This document shows positions 54,576-64,000 of a DNA stretch of 64,000 nt, one piece after another; position 1 is the first letter of the stretch, and the number at the start of each line of letters is the position of its first letter. Below the pieces are notes generated by a model. The model did not search any database. It saw only the letters and a program-made list of their open reading frames with translations, and had not been told where the DNA came from. A program made the translations under genes and the position numbers. Source of the DNA: a virus; the IMG/VR virus record IMGVR_UViG_3300009702_000785, positions 3,584-67,583 of that record; one strand, written 5' to 3'.

Positions 54576-56795
54576 ATGGCAAAATCATTGGATATAGGAA
54601 CAATGTTTTTGGTAAAAGGACAGGAAGACGAGTTAGTTGATAACATTAACTTCACTGTGGAAAGAAACGTATTTCTAAAAGCATCTACCACCGAGGATAC
54701 AGAGGACACCCTCAAAGAAAATAACTGGGCGTATGTCAAGCACGATGATAACTTTTACATCTTAGGAGAAGATGCCCTGAAACTTAAGAACCTTCTGACT
54801 GTTAATGTTAAGAAGGGGGCTGATGATATCGTGATGACTAAGGTGGGTGAGTTGCGCCGTCCAATGCGTAAGGGTATTCTGAATACCTCCGAAGAGAAGC
54901 TTAGTATTGCTATTATCCAGAAGCTCATTCAAAACCTAGTGGGGCCGCCGTCCTATCCTGGTGAAGTCTTATGCTTCTGCGTACCCGGTGACCCAGTAGA
55001 CAGTAATCTGTCAGTACTGTTTCACCAGTCAATGCTCAATTCTTTTTTGAAGAGTCTTGGTTATACAGTTGAGCATATCCCAGAAGCCTTGGCAATCATC
55101 TTTAGCGAGGTGCCGACTGTTGATAGCGAGGATGGCGAAGAGCCCTTCAGTGGCATATCCTTCTCGTTTGGGGCAGGCATGTGTAATATTTGTTTTGCCT
55201 ACAAGAAGCTGCCCCTGATTGCATTCTCAGTAGCTCGGTGCATACCCCCTGGTAATAAGGTTATCACTCAAAGCGGTCTATTAAATATAGAAGATGTTAC
55301 TACAAAATCGCTAGTACTTAATCGAGTTGGTAATTGGGTTGCAGTTGATGATACACAATCTAAAGAATTCCGAGGAGATATTTATAATTTTGAAGCAATT
55401 GGACAAGGGCGATGGTCAACAACAGGGGACCACAGATTATGGATAAAACCCAAAGATCAAACTGCTTGGCAATGGACCAAAGCAAGCGAAGTATGCGTTG
55501 GTGACAAAGTTATGCAACCGTGGTTAGATACTTATGAAACAAAGCACACTATCGGATGGACACGAGAAAATACAAAAAAATATATGAATGCTGAAATGTT
55601 TTCTAACCAGTATTATTTTATGGGAAGATTTCTGGGTGATGGAAATGTGTTTAAGGACAAAAAATCTGATAGGGGCATAAAAATAGCCCTAAACGCTAAT
55701 AGTCCGATTCGACAGGATTTTTTGAAATCGGTAATGGAATCAACTTTCCAAAGAAAAGTTGAAATATGTAATGATGGAAGTGTTGTTTTGTTGAAACTTC
55801 ATGATTCGGGACTGGCGAAATGGTTTAGAAAAAACTGCTACAGCCAAAATCTACATGGCGATTGGAAAGATAAGGTATTCCCCTGGGATTTATCCCACTT
55901 GAAAGAAAATTATTTAAGATTTTTTATAGCAGGGTTGTTAGACAGTGATGGCTACGTTGATGAATCTAAAAACCAAATATATTTAGGAATTACCAGTCAT
56001 AACTTGGCCCAAAACTTTTATCTTGCACTTATGAAAATTGGGTTGAAACCCACAATAAGCTGGAGAACTAGAGACGGATCACATGAATATGATGGGAAAA
56101 TAATTCGACATGTTAGAGAAGTTTTTGAAGTGACAGCGTCTGGTTCTCGATGTCGAGAGTTTATAGGATGGCTTAGGTCTAATCATTTAGAAGTGTTTTT
56201 TGACAAGAGTGAAACTCATGGATGCAATGTCTCTAAAATTTCATCTATAACCAAAGAACATTACAATGGTTATGTGTATGATATATCAATTGGTGATGAA
56301 TTTAATAGTTTTTGCCTTCCAGGTTGCGTAGTTCATAATAGTGGTGACTGGATTGATATTGAGTCTGCCAAGGTTGCAGGCATTGATGTATCTGCTATGA
56401 CTCGATACAAAGAAGCCAAGTTTGATCTAGATGACGTAGATCACAGCAATATGAAAGATGCTGCTCTAGACATCTTCTACAACAATATGATTGAGCACGC
56501 TCTCGACAAGTTTTCCGAGAAATTCAGTCAGTTGGATGTTGAAGATCAGATCAACGCTCCACTGGAGATCGTTGTTGCCGGTGGTACGTCGATTGTACCT
56601 GGATTTTTGAACAGATTCAAAACCATCTTGAAAGGCAAGGATTTGACTTTCAGAGTTAAGGGGGTGCGTCATGCAGAAGAACCATTGTACGCTGTCTCCA
56701 GTGGTTGTCTTATGAAGGCTATCTCAGTAGAGAAAAAAATCAACAAGGAGAAAGAGGCTAAGGCACCGAAAGTTAAAGAGATCAAAACCGAGTGA
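54576..56795 (+). CDS. Actin-like ATPase (MreB/FtsA/ParM fold) containing an intein
   Basis: SLDIGT phosphate-1, PEALA connect-1, SFGAGMCN phosphate-2, VVAGGTS adenosine motif. Confidence 0.85.
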   Translation: MAKSLDIGTMFLVKGQEDELVDNINFTVERNVFLKASTTEDTEDTLKENNWAYVKHDDNFYILGEDALKLKNLLTVNVKKGADDIVMTKVGELRRPMRKGILNTSEEKLSIAIIQKLIQNLVGPPSYPGEVLCFCVPGDPVDSNLSVLFHQSMLNSFLKSLGYTVEHIPEALAIIFSEVPTVDSEDGEEPFSGISFSFGAGMCNICFAYKKLPLIAFSVARCIPPGNKVITQSGLLNIEDVTTKSLVLNRVGNWVAVDDTQSKEFRGDIYNFEAIGQGRWSTTGDHRLWIKPKDQTAWQWTKASEVCVGDKVMQPWLDTYETKHTIGWTRENTKKYMNAEMFSNQYYFMGRFLGDGNVFKDKKSDRGIKIALNANSPIRQDFLKSVMESTFQRKVEICNDGSVVLLKLHDSGLAKWFRKNCYSQNLHGDWKDKVFPWDLSHLKENYLRFFIAGLLDSDGYVDESKNQIYLGITSHNLAQNFYLALMKIGLKPTISWRTRDGSHEYDGKIIRHVREVFEVTASGSRCREFIGWLRSNHLEVFFDKSETHGCNVSKISSITKEHYNGYVYDISIGDEFNSFCLPGCVVHNSGDWIDIESAKVAGIDVSAMTRYKEAKFDLDDVDHSNMKDAALDIFYNNMIEHALDKFSEKFSQLDVEDQINAPLEIVVAGGTSIVPGFLNRFKTILKGKDLTFRVKGVRHAEEPLYAVSSGCLMKAISVEKKINKEKEAKAPKVKEIKTE
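55239..56339 (+). mobile_element. Intein with LAGLIDADG endonuclease (367 aa)
   Basis: Begins CIPPGNKVIT, TTGDHRL block B, ends VYDISI...GCVVHN|S; MGRFLGDG and IAGLLDSDG. Confidence 0.93.
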
Positions 56796-56804
56796 GGTGT
56801 CTAA

Positions 56805-57542
56805 ATGGGATATTGCAATGTAGTCGAGGTAGATTATGTGCTTGGGCAGTCTCTCACGAATGCCCGAGCCGAGAATGCAGAGTTCGGTGTACAGCAGAAT
56901 TTATGGGAAATAGGTCACGTCAGGGACAAAAATAGAATTCCCGATGACGTGGTGTACCTGTATATCTCCTTTGCTGACAACCAAATCGACGGCATCCTAT
57001 CTCAACAATACTATACTCCTTTGAAGAAATGTGTCAACGGACAGTGGGATTTGGATGCTGATATCAATGAGTACAACCAAATTGTTGAAATGCCAGATTC
57101 CCGCAACTTGGTTATTGGTGATACAATTCAGATTGTCAACCTAAATACTGGGGAAAAAGAAAATCATATTGTGGCCTCGATAGTGGATCAGTATTCCTTC
57201 ACAGTCTTGGACCCAATTGAGACATCTTTTGAGGGCGACAATATTGTAGTCAAACGGGTTCAGTACCCACCTCCAATCAACCAGATTTCAGCCCGGTATG
57301 CGGCTTCATTTATCTACGACAAATACTTTGCAGCGCAAAATGCACCTAACGTATCCGACTATGGCCAAGAGATGCGCCGAAAGGCGATGGGCCAACTGAA
57401 TGATATTCTGAACGGCAAAGTCATCCTGAAGAATCAGCTACGAGTCGGTGACCGATTTGGCAATCCCTGGCTATGTGACAATTACAGTTTAAGAGATAGA
57501 GGGTTTGATACGAGTAGTCGTGATATGTCTCAACCTCAATAA
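56805..57542 (+). CDS. Head-tail connector-like virion protein (Mu gp36/DUF1320-like, with an inserted domain)
   Basis: MGYCNVVEV...ADNQIDGIL...ISARYAASFIY...AMGQLNDILNGKVIL. Confidence 0.65.
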   Translation: MGYCNVVEVDYVLGQSLTNARAENAEFGVQQNLWEIGHVRDKNRIPDDVVYLYISFADNQIDGILSQQYYTPLKKCVNGQWDLDADINEYNQIVEMPDSRNLVIGDTIQIVNLNTGEKENHIVASIVDQYSFTVLDPIETSFEGDNIVVKRVQYPPPINQISARYAASFIYDKYFAAQNAPNVSDYGQEMRRKAMGQLNDILNGKVILKNQLRVGDRFGNPWLCDNYSLRDRGFDTSSRDMSQPQ

Positions 57543-57577
57543 AGGACTTTGACGTGATAAGATTGAATACCCTTAGT

Positions 57578-58438
57578 ATGGAAACCAAGATTTGTCCTAA
57601 TTGTGGTGTGGAATTTTCTCGTAAACCCTCCGAAATGAAGAGATGCACGTTTTGTTCTGTATCTTGTAGAATGCAATCAGTCAGAAAGCATAGACGGACA
57701 GAATGCAAGGTTTGCGGCAAAGTGTTTTATCCAGAAAAACGTGCTAATAGAAAGAACGCTCAGTTTTGTAGCCAGAAGTGTATGGGAGAATCATATGCTG
57801 TCCTTGATTACAAAACATCGTTTCTTGGCAAAACAACTGATTTTATAGATGGTTTTTTGTTAGGGGATGGGCATATCTCCGCAAAAAATTGTCATATTTC
57901 CTGGTCGCTGAAATATCAGGAATTTTCGGATTACATCAAAGCAAACCTTAAATTGTACAATCCCAAAGATAGCCGACGATTCCAAAAAGACGTGAGATGC
58001 AAACAAGGCGGTTACCACACAACAAGAGGTAATACTAAATGCCACCCTGACTTTGCACTTCAAAGACAGAGGTGGTATAAAGATAAGAAAATAGTTCCTA
58101 AAGATGTTGTTATATCACCCAAATCTTTGATGATTTGGTATTTAGGAGATGGAACTTTGACCGATTATGGCTTGGTCTTATGTACTGATAATTTCAGCGA
58201 AAGTGATGTAGATTTTCTAATTGCAAAACTCAAACAAATCGGGATAACAAGTAACAAGCGTTTTCACGCTGGATTACCTGAAATTGCTGTTACATCTTCC
58301 GGGCGGAAAGTATTTTTCGATTATATTGGATGGAAGTCGCCAGTTAAGTGTTACAACTATAAATTTCCAGATGATACTTATCAACACAGAGATCGAGGTT
58401 ACTCTGCAAGTGACCGAGATATGAGTACACCGCAATGA
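57578..58438 (+). CDS. LAGLIDADG homing endonuclease with zinc-ribbon repeats
   Basis: CPNC/CSVSC/CKVC/CSQKC; IDGFLLGDG; LMIWYLGDG. Confidence 0.88.
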   Translation: METKICPNCGVEFSRKPSEMKRCTFCSVSCRMQSVRKHRRTECKVCGKVFYPEKRANRKNAQFCSQKCMGESYAVLDYKTSFLGKTTDFIDGFLLGDGHISAKNCHISWSLKYQEFSDYIKANLKLYNPKDSRRFQKDVRCKQGGYHTTRGNTKCHPDFALQRQRWYKDKKIVPKDVVISPKSLMIWYLGDGTLTDYGLVLCTDNFSESDVDFLIAKLKQIGITSNKRFHAGLPEIAVTSSGRKVFFDYIGWKSPVKCYNYKFPDDTYQHRDRGYSASDRDMSTPQ

Positions 58439-58695
58439 GTAAGAAAAAAAATGGCATCTCTGGTATAGACGAACTTAGCCGACTGCAAAGTAAAGTCGAA
58501 CAACGGTATCAGTATATTGCATCACTGAATGGTAGTAAAGTTAATCTCGATGAGATCGGATTAGCACCAGGACCGGTGCTGCATCAGGATGGGGAAACAA
58601 TGAGCGAAGAGGAAAGTGCACTATTTGAAAAAGACAATCCAAAGGTCGTGGCTTTTCTGCAACACCTGAAACTCAGGTTAGATGATATACTATAG
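58435..58695 (+). CDS. Hypothetical protein
   Basis: 86 aa, ATGA overlap. Confidence 0.65.
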   Translation: MSKKKNGISGIDELSRLQSKVEQRYQYIASLNGSKVNLDEIGLAPGPVLHQDGETMSEEESALFEKDNPKVVAFLQHLKLRLDDIL

Positions 58696-58703
58696 GATCA
58701 ACA

Positions 58704-59636
58704 ATGGACGCCCTTTCAATACTGAAAGCCTACCGCAAGATTATCGGGCGGTTTATTATCAACAACAGAGAGTTGATTTCACCTACCGTGACTGGCAGCC
58801 GTACTATCGAAGTGGAAAGTACGCGCCGCTTTCAGCTGGGTGATAAGATTGCACTGCTGAATCAATCGACTTGGGATGTGGAATTCCATTTGATCGCTGA
58901 CATACCAGATAGCATAACCATCACCACAACGCACGACATATCTGCTGTATATCCAGTAACAGGTGATTCATCAACCACTAGTGTTGTCCGCAAAGCAATT
59001 GGTGACGGAATGGGGACCGATGCTTTTATTCAGGCTATTTATCTTGGTGATCCTACGGTTATATCCCACTATCCTGCAATCACGATAGATATGAAGAACA
59101 GATCATCAGAATGGATGACTCTAGAATCTACTAAAGAAAGCTACAACATTGACATCTCGATTTACATAGAGGCGTCACAATACGAAGCACAATTCGAGTT
59201 GATGCATGCTTATGTCCACGCAATCGAGACTGCCCTGTTTAGGTCGTTCTATCCTTTGGTTGATCCATACAACTCTTCTGATCTAACCCAGACTGTGGTT
59301 GAGAACGATACGATATTTCGGATAGAAAACGAGACTGATGGGTTTTTATGTGGAGGAAGCTGGATATGGTTTGAGAGCCTAGATTATCTTGCTTATAACC
59401 GTATAAAACAGTATCAAGGCAACGGTGTGTATGAGACTCTTTTCCCGATTGGGCAACTATTCGATGTAGGAGATGTGGTTATTAGACCTGCTCGCCACAT
59501 CTTTAATACCTTGGCACATCAAACTCAGTATGGTACGGTGATGAAAGAGACCATGCTGAAGGCTGCGGTAATTTCTCTGAGAGCAGACGAGGAAGTCTGG
59601 AGATATACCCCATTCCTCGATCCATTAACGTTTTGA
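58704..59636 (+). CDS. Probable tail-completion/terminator protein with inserted domains
   Basis: YPAITID...YNIDISIY core; location upstream of the tail tube gene. Confidence 0.55.
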   Translation: MDALSILKAYRKIIGRFIINNRELISPTVTGSRTIEVESTRRFQLGDKIALLNQSTWDVEFHLIADIPDSITITTTHDISAVYPVTGDSSTTSVVRKAIGDGMGTDAFIQAIYLGDPTVISHYPAITIDMKNRSSEWMTLESTKESYNIDISIYIEASQYEAQFELMHAYVHAIETALFRSFYPLVDPYNSSDLTQTVVENDTIFRIENETDGFLCGGSWIWFESLDYLAYNRIKQYQGNGVYETLFPIGQLFDVGDVVIRPARHIFNTLAHQTQYGTVMKETMLKAAVISLRADEEVWRYTPFLDPLTF

Positions 59637-59658
59637 TGAGTTTGATTAGGAGATTGAA

Positions 59659-60885
59659 ATGAAAGTACTTGTAATTGGTTTGTCGCCGTATCTGACAACA
59701 TCACGTAGTAAGGTAGCAGCTCTGGTAATGAGGTATCTATATGTAAAAGGTGTTGAAGTTGCTGGTGCAGCGTGGGCACACGATACATCCTTCTTCATAC
59801 CTGATGAGGAAGGCCATCTGACATATGAATTCGACATTAAGGATCATGGAACTCACAACATTCCGTTGAAGACATTTAGCCGTGGAGACAAAGAATCTGT
59901 CGAGATATATGAGATTATGGAGCAACTTCATCCTGATCTGGTCATCACTGTAGGAGATTATGGTGACTTTGCCTATATGAAAGCAGTCAAGATGTTTTAT
60001 AACAAGCCATTCAAATGGCTGTTCCTATTGATGAACTATTCTGCCCCAATTAATGAAAATGAACACGAGCTTATTGAAAACGCCGATGGAGTTATGTGCA
60101 CAAGTCAGTTTGGATACGATACGGTCAAAAATTTGTATGTAAAAGAACTGATAGATATAACTTATCTGGGTTGTAACCGCAAAACATTCCATTTAATGGA
60201 CGAAGGTAAAGAAAATGACGACAAGTTCAGAGTTATGGCTAGTGGCAAGTGCCATCAGGTTGATAATCTGCCGATAGTGATGGAAGCAGTTGCTCAGGCA
60301 AGACAAAAGAATCCTGACATCGAATTATACGTCTATACCAACTTGCACGACCGTGGAGACTACGATCTAGAGCTTATTAAGAGCCGTTTTGACCCACAGG
60401 ATGAGTTTATTAGGTTCCCAGATAAATTTGTGTCCCTGTATGAAGGAGTCACCGATCAGGAGTTGGCTAATGAAATGCGAAGGGCGGATTTGTATATTTC
60501 TGTACCTTTGGTATCTGCGACTTCGATGGCTTCCTTCGATGCTATCTCTTGTGGATGCTTGCCTCTTCTAAGCGATTGTGGTTCTAATAGTAATTTAGCA
60601 GGTATTCTAGCAGAATGTTCGGAAGGATATACAGCAGAGGACTTTCTAGTTCCCTGTGTGAAGCTAATGTCTGCGGCTAGCTCGTACTTGTACGTTTGCG
60701 ATCCGTGCCAGATGTCTGAAAAGATTTTGGCTGCATCCAAAACGTATAAAAAGGTTGCAGGAAGGAAGCCGAATTTTGAGGAATTTACAAAGGGATATAA
60801 CCGTGAAGGATTCCTCAAGAAGCTGTCGCAAATGATTGATAGCGTGGAGGAATCAGATCACGTTGTCTGTTTAGAAACAGTTTAG
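59659..60885 (+). CDS. GT4-like glycosyltransferase
   Basis: MKVLVIG, HPDLVITVGD, ADLYISV...SFDAISCGCLPL. Confidence 0.8.
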   Translation: MKVLVIGLSPYLTTSRSKVAALVMRYLYVKGVEVAGAAWAHDTSFFIPDEEGHLTYEFDIKDHGTHNIPLKTFSRGDKESVEIYEIMEQLHPDLVITVGDYGDFAYMKAVKMFYNKPFKWLFLLMNYSAPINENEHELIENADGVMCTSQFGYDTVKNLYVKELIDITYLGCNRKTFHLMDEGKENDDKFRVMASGKCHQVDNLPIVMEAVAQARQKNPDIELYVYTNLHDRGDYDLELIKSRFDPQDEFIRFPDKFVSLYEGVTDQELANEMRRADLYISVPLVSATSMASFDAISCGCLPLLSDCGSNSNLAGILAECSEGYTAEDFLVPCVKLMSAASSYLYVCDPCQMSEKILAASKTYKKVAGRKPNFEEFTKGYNREGFLKKLSQMIDSVEESDHVVCLETV

Positions 60886-60894
60886 GAGAAGATA

Positions 60895-61341
60895 ATGGCA
60901 GCAATACTGGTGGAAAATTACCAAAATATAACTGCATTCTACGCCGTGGCACAGACGCAGACGGTTGGACTTGCAGATTACTACTATAATGCGGCAGTCG
61001 AGATTCTGTTACTCAACGACTTTGAGCCGGAGCTGGACTTGCTGGAGCCGTTTTACAATGCGTACATTGCTGCTCAATCAGCTTTCGTTACGCCTCCGAC
61101 GGCGATTATTAACGCAGTTGGATCGTTACAACGTCACGTCCTGAATAGGGCACGTACCACATTGGAAGTGGCTTTCACAAATATCAACGCGTGGATCGAT
61201 GCTGACGGCACTAACACCTACTTGACCGCACCCGGCGTCGGACGATCCGGTGATGTAAACACTGCGTTCCAGGTAGAAAGTGATTTTGCAAGCCTGTCCG
61301 GCCAGGCCGGGTTTACAATTGATCCGTTGAATATCGCGTAA
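60895..61341 (+). CDS. Hypothetical (probable virion) protein
   Basis: 148 aa; AGGAG SD. Confidence 0.65.
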   Translation: MAAILVENYQNITAFYAVAQTQTVGLADYYYNAAVEILLLNDFEPELDLLEPFYNAYIAAQSAFVTPPTAIINAVGSLQRHVLNRARTTLEVAFTNINAWIDADGTNTYLTAPGVGRSGDVNTAFQVESDFASLSGQAGFTIDPLNIA

Positions 61342-61364
61342 TTCGATTTGGAGGAGGACGATAA

Positions 61365-62549
61365 ATGCCAGTTGTAGCAGACACTATTTGCACCAGCACG
61401 CAAGAGACCAATACTGGTCGCGCTAACTTAATTGCCCCAGACCCCACCGGTCATTTTGCAAATATGGGTTGGGTCGGCTATGTCTGGTTTCAAAGCAACA
61501 AGCTGGGAGCCAACAACATTCTACGTGTTACCGGAGCAGATGTTAATCTGGCTCAAGAGGTAACCAAGCCGGATGTTATTGATGGACGTATTGATCCGTC
61601 TGTCTACCAGTTGGGGCCAAAGATTGTTGAAGGTACTCTTAATATGCCTTTGATCGCAGATACGCAAGACCCCGAAAACTGGACAGGTCGTGATTGTCCA
61701 GAGATTGAAGACCTTACAGGTCTTGCCGCTTCGGTACTGAACAATGTTTGGTGCTGGGCAACTGCTCGTGGTAGTCAGGGTCGCCTTCTGTATGACGATG
61801 CGAAGTTGCTTATTCGTTATGCGAACCATGCAGGTTTCTCTTTTGATAGCTGTGTTATCAATACATACGATTTGAACGTAGCTCAGTCTGATATGGTAAC
61901 AACTGACATTAATGTCATTGGTCGTGGTCGTGAGCAGTCGCAAACAACAACTGGAAATATTCAGTATGCCGAAGAGCCGATCATTACAGATTTCTTGGCT
62001 CCTGCTCGTGTCCTGACGTGGAACGACGTAACCGTTAACGGTATTCGTGGTTGCCGTCTGAATGGGCAGAACTTGTTCTTCTCAAATCAGGTCAGAGAAT
62101 TCAGCATGTCGATCAACAACAATGCTGACCGATTCTACACCCTATGTGGATCACTCTTCCCAGTTGATGTTAACGTAGGAAAGCGGGAGATTACTGGCTC
62201 GCTGACCCTAATGGGTTTGCAAGACAGATTGCGTGACCTGGCTGAGACCAACCCTGAGCGTTTCACAGAAAAGAACGAAATACGTTTGGCTTTCTATCTG
62301 GGTAATGACCGCTTCGCCGGTGATGCAGGGTTCACTCCTCGTGATTGGACCGAAGATACGGACGATGCATCTAGCTTGGGAGCCATTTGGTCTAAGAGAA
62401 TTCAAGGTGTCGTGTTCCAGATCGAAGAGATGAGCATGACCAATGAATTATTTGAAACAACGGTTGCCTGGCACGCCATGGCAGATGATCAGTCCGGCTA
62501 CGAGGCATTTACGCCTCAAACCAGTCCGTCTTTCCCAGCATGGTCGTAA
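61365..62549 (+). CDS. Major tail tube protein
   Basis: GPKIVEGTLNM, FSMSINNN, GKREITGSL; strong SD; followed by a terminator and chaperone-like genes. Confidence 0.75.
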   Translation: MPVVADTICTSTQETNTGRANLIAPDPTGHFANMGWVGYVWFQSNKLGANNILRVTGADVNLAQEVTKPDVIDGRIDPSVYQLGPKIVEGTLNMPLIADTQDPENWTGRDCPEIEDLTGLAASVLNNVWCWATARGSQGRLLYDDAKLLIRYANHAGFSFDSCVINTYDLNVAQSDMVTTDINVIGRGREQSQTTTGNIQYAEEPIITDFLAPARVLTWNDVTVNGIRGCRLNGQNLFFSNQVREFSMSINNNADRFYTLCGSLFPVDVNVGKREITGSLTLMGLQDRLRDLAETNPERFTEKNEIRLAFYLGNDRFAGDAGFTPRDWTEDTDDASSLGAIWSKRIQGVVFQIEEMSMTNELFETTVAWHAMADDQSGYEAFTPQTSPSFPAWS

Positions 62550-62556
62550 TGAATAC

Positions 62557-62597
62557 CAAGAGAGGGCGGGAATAATCCCACCCTCTCTTGTTTTTCT
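62557..62597 (+). terminator. Intrinsic terminator
   Basis: AAGAGAGGG(C)GGGA-ATAA-TCCC(A)CCCTCTCTT followed by GTTTTTCT. Confidence 0.8.
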
Positions 62598-62664
62598 ATA
62601 TACGTTCACATTTACATCCCACAAGTGTATAATATGACACCGAATTTGCAATGAGGAATGTACT

Positions 62665-63168
62665 ATGTCTATTATTCTAGACCCGAACAAACAGTTGATT
62701 GCTATCGACTCGTATTATATCCAGAAGAAAAAGATTCACGGAAACTCAATCTTTCACTTCATCAAAAGTAAGGATGAATTGGAATATTGGCAGGACAAGG
62801 AATATATTCTTGAGAGCAACGTCCCGAAAGACGAAAATGGGAAACCTACCGTCCCAGCAGACAAAATAATCAACATCTTGCAGACGCATTGGAAGCCATT
62901 ATCCTGGCGAGATCAGAATACAGTTTTTACCAAGTCTGTGAGACAAGTCCAGAGGCCAGATGGTTCTTTTTCAGCAGAGATAGATACCATCGCCTATAGG
63001 GACCAAAAGCTCAAGACTTGTCTCAAGAAGTGGAATGAGAAGAGTGAAGATGGACAAGTATTAGAAGTATCTGACGGTCTCATTGACAACCTTAACCCTG
63101 TGGTCGCTCAAGAATTATTGTCAGCCTTTGAAAAGGTTACTGAGCCTAGTGAGGATGACTTAAAATAG
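62665..63168 (+). CDS. Tail assembly chaperone-like protein 1
   Basis: Follows the tail tube gene; WKPLSW...YRDQKLKTCLKKW...PSEDDLK. Confidence 0.65.
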   Translation: MSIILDPNKQLIAIDSYYIQKKKIHGNSIFHFIKSKDELEYWQDKEYILESNVPKDENGKPTVPADKIINILQTHWKPLSWRDQNTVFTKSVRQVQRPDGSFSAEIDTIAYRDQKLKTCLKKWNEKSEDGQVLEVSDGLIDNLNPVVAQELLSAFEKVTEPSEDDLK

Positions 63169-63182
63169 AACTTGATACTTAG

Positions 63183-63788
63183 ATGATTATCCTGAATCCA
63201 ACTCAACTAATTAGTATACCACTGGAATATACTGACACTACAACCAAAGAATCATACGATGTTATTGGATACTGGAAAGAACTATCATGGTCAGAACACA
63301 ACAGAGTGTACAGTAGAAGTATTCAAGGAGATAAGCTTGATGGCATCTCATATAGAGATGGGAAATTAAAAACCTGTCTTAAGAAGCTAATAGTTGGTGA
63401 TGAACATGTTGATCTCGATGATGATGTGATTGATAATTTGCCTTCTAAATTGGCAGGTGATTTATTAAATTCTTTTGAGAGACACTTTGATCCATCAGAA
63501 GATGATTTGAAACAATTAGAATCGGTATCATATGCCTTCTTCAAAGGACAGCATATCCAAGGGATGATACCGCAATACTTGTATGAACATCTACTGGCCC
63601 ATCACTACGGTTGGTCGTTGTCCGAAATACGGTCAATGAGCAATTACGATTTCCAGGTGCATCTAAGAGTATGTCTTGTAAGGGAACGGATAGAGAACGA
63701 GTTCAGAGTAAACCTGGCTGGCGGAAAGCCAGGTGGAGGTAGTACCGTCAACAAAAGGTTTGACCCACTTAAGGGTGACTTTGTTTAG
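63183..63788 (+). CDS. Tail assembly chaperone-like protein 2, with a C-terminal extension
   Basis: WKELSW...YRDGKLKTCLKKL...PSEDDLKQ + YGWSLSEIRSM. Confidence 0.65.
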   Translation: MIILNPTQLISIPLEYTDTTTKESYDVIGYWKELSWSEHNRVYSRSIQGDKLDGISYRDGKLKTCLKKLIVGDEHVDLDDDVIDNLPSKLAGDLLNSFERHFDPSEDDLKQLESVSYAFFKGQHIQGMIPQYLYEHLLAHHYGWSLSEIRSMSNYDFQVHLRVCLVRERIENEFRVNLAGGKPGGGSTVNKRFDPLKGDFV

Positions 63789-63797
63789 GAGTGAATC

Positions 63798-64000
63798 ATG
63801 GATATTTTTGTAAGAGAATCGGATACCGTAAACGTCAGCGTTTACGCCTGGGACAACCCAGAAACCAAGGACATTGCTGCCAGCATCGATGAAGCAGATG
63901 TACCCGCAGGACTAGATGCTCAGATAATCAAGTGTGTATTTAGAAGACCCACATACCAAGATACTAACGGTATCTTGCGTAGTGCTAGTATAACTGGTGA
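63798..64000 (+). CDS. Partial CDS running off the window (possible third chaperone paralog)
   Basis: AGGAG SD; MDIFVRESD...FRRPTYQD..I. Confidence 0.6.
   Translation, partial: MDIFVRESDTVNVSVYAWDNPETKDIAASIDEADVPAGLDAQIIKCVFRRPTYQDTNGILRSASITG

Noticed and set aside
63150-63190. Programmed -1 frameshift between the tail chaperone ORFs
   Set aside because: No XXXYYYZ slippery site before the stop, and the second ORF repeats the whole first domain.
1-64000. CRISPR array
   Set aside because: No run of equal-length repeats with unique spacers and no cas genes were seen.
1-64000. Stop-codon reassignment (alternative genetic code)
   Set aside because: Long genes end cleanly at TAA, TAG and TGA with coupled starts. 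The few breaks are frameshifts or a single TAA, and no suppressor tRNA was seen.

Overview
A 64-kb, gene-dense segment of a large dsDNA (jumbo-type) bacteriophage genome; standard genetic code, host not identifiable from the sequence. Layout: 1-3.4 kb, three tandem paralogous small proteins, a split GT4 glycosyltransferase and a lipoprotein. 3.4-10.8 kb, a 7.3-kb IS607-family transposon with reconstructable ends, carrying a four-gene nuclease/helicase/methyltransferase module, DUF4238 and a frameshifted TnpB. 11-18 kb, host-like auxiliary genes (sigma-70 factor, ndk, dnaJ, rnhA, pyrimidine-dimer glycosylase, L7/L12-domain protein) and a 375-bp non-coding IS200/605 derivative resembling an orphan omega/HEARO-like RNA. 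16.9-23 kb, a minus-strand tRNA array with all five Leu anticodons, interrupted by an intact IS605 element and an HNH gene, and headed by a promoter, leader-peptide attenuator and ACT gene. 23-38 kb, five tandem GT-A-like genes, an ABC-type ATPase, a CCA-adding enzyme, a PAS protein, beta-propellers and a NucS-like nuclease. 38-64 kb, a plus-strand virion/morphogenesis region (glycosyltransferases, subtilase, PhoH, intein-containing protease and actin-like ATPase, two LAGLIDADG genes, head-tail connector, tail tube, tail chaperones). Top leads: the cargo IS607 transposon, the candidate tRNA-sensing attenuator and a shared N-terminal W-L-x-K motif. Family names are from motif recognition by eye, not database searches.
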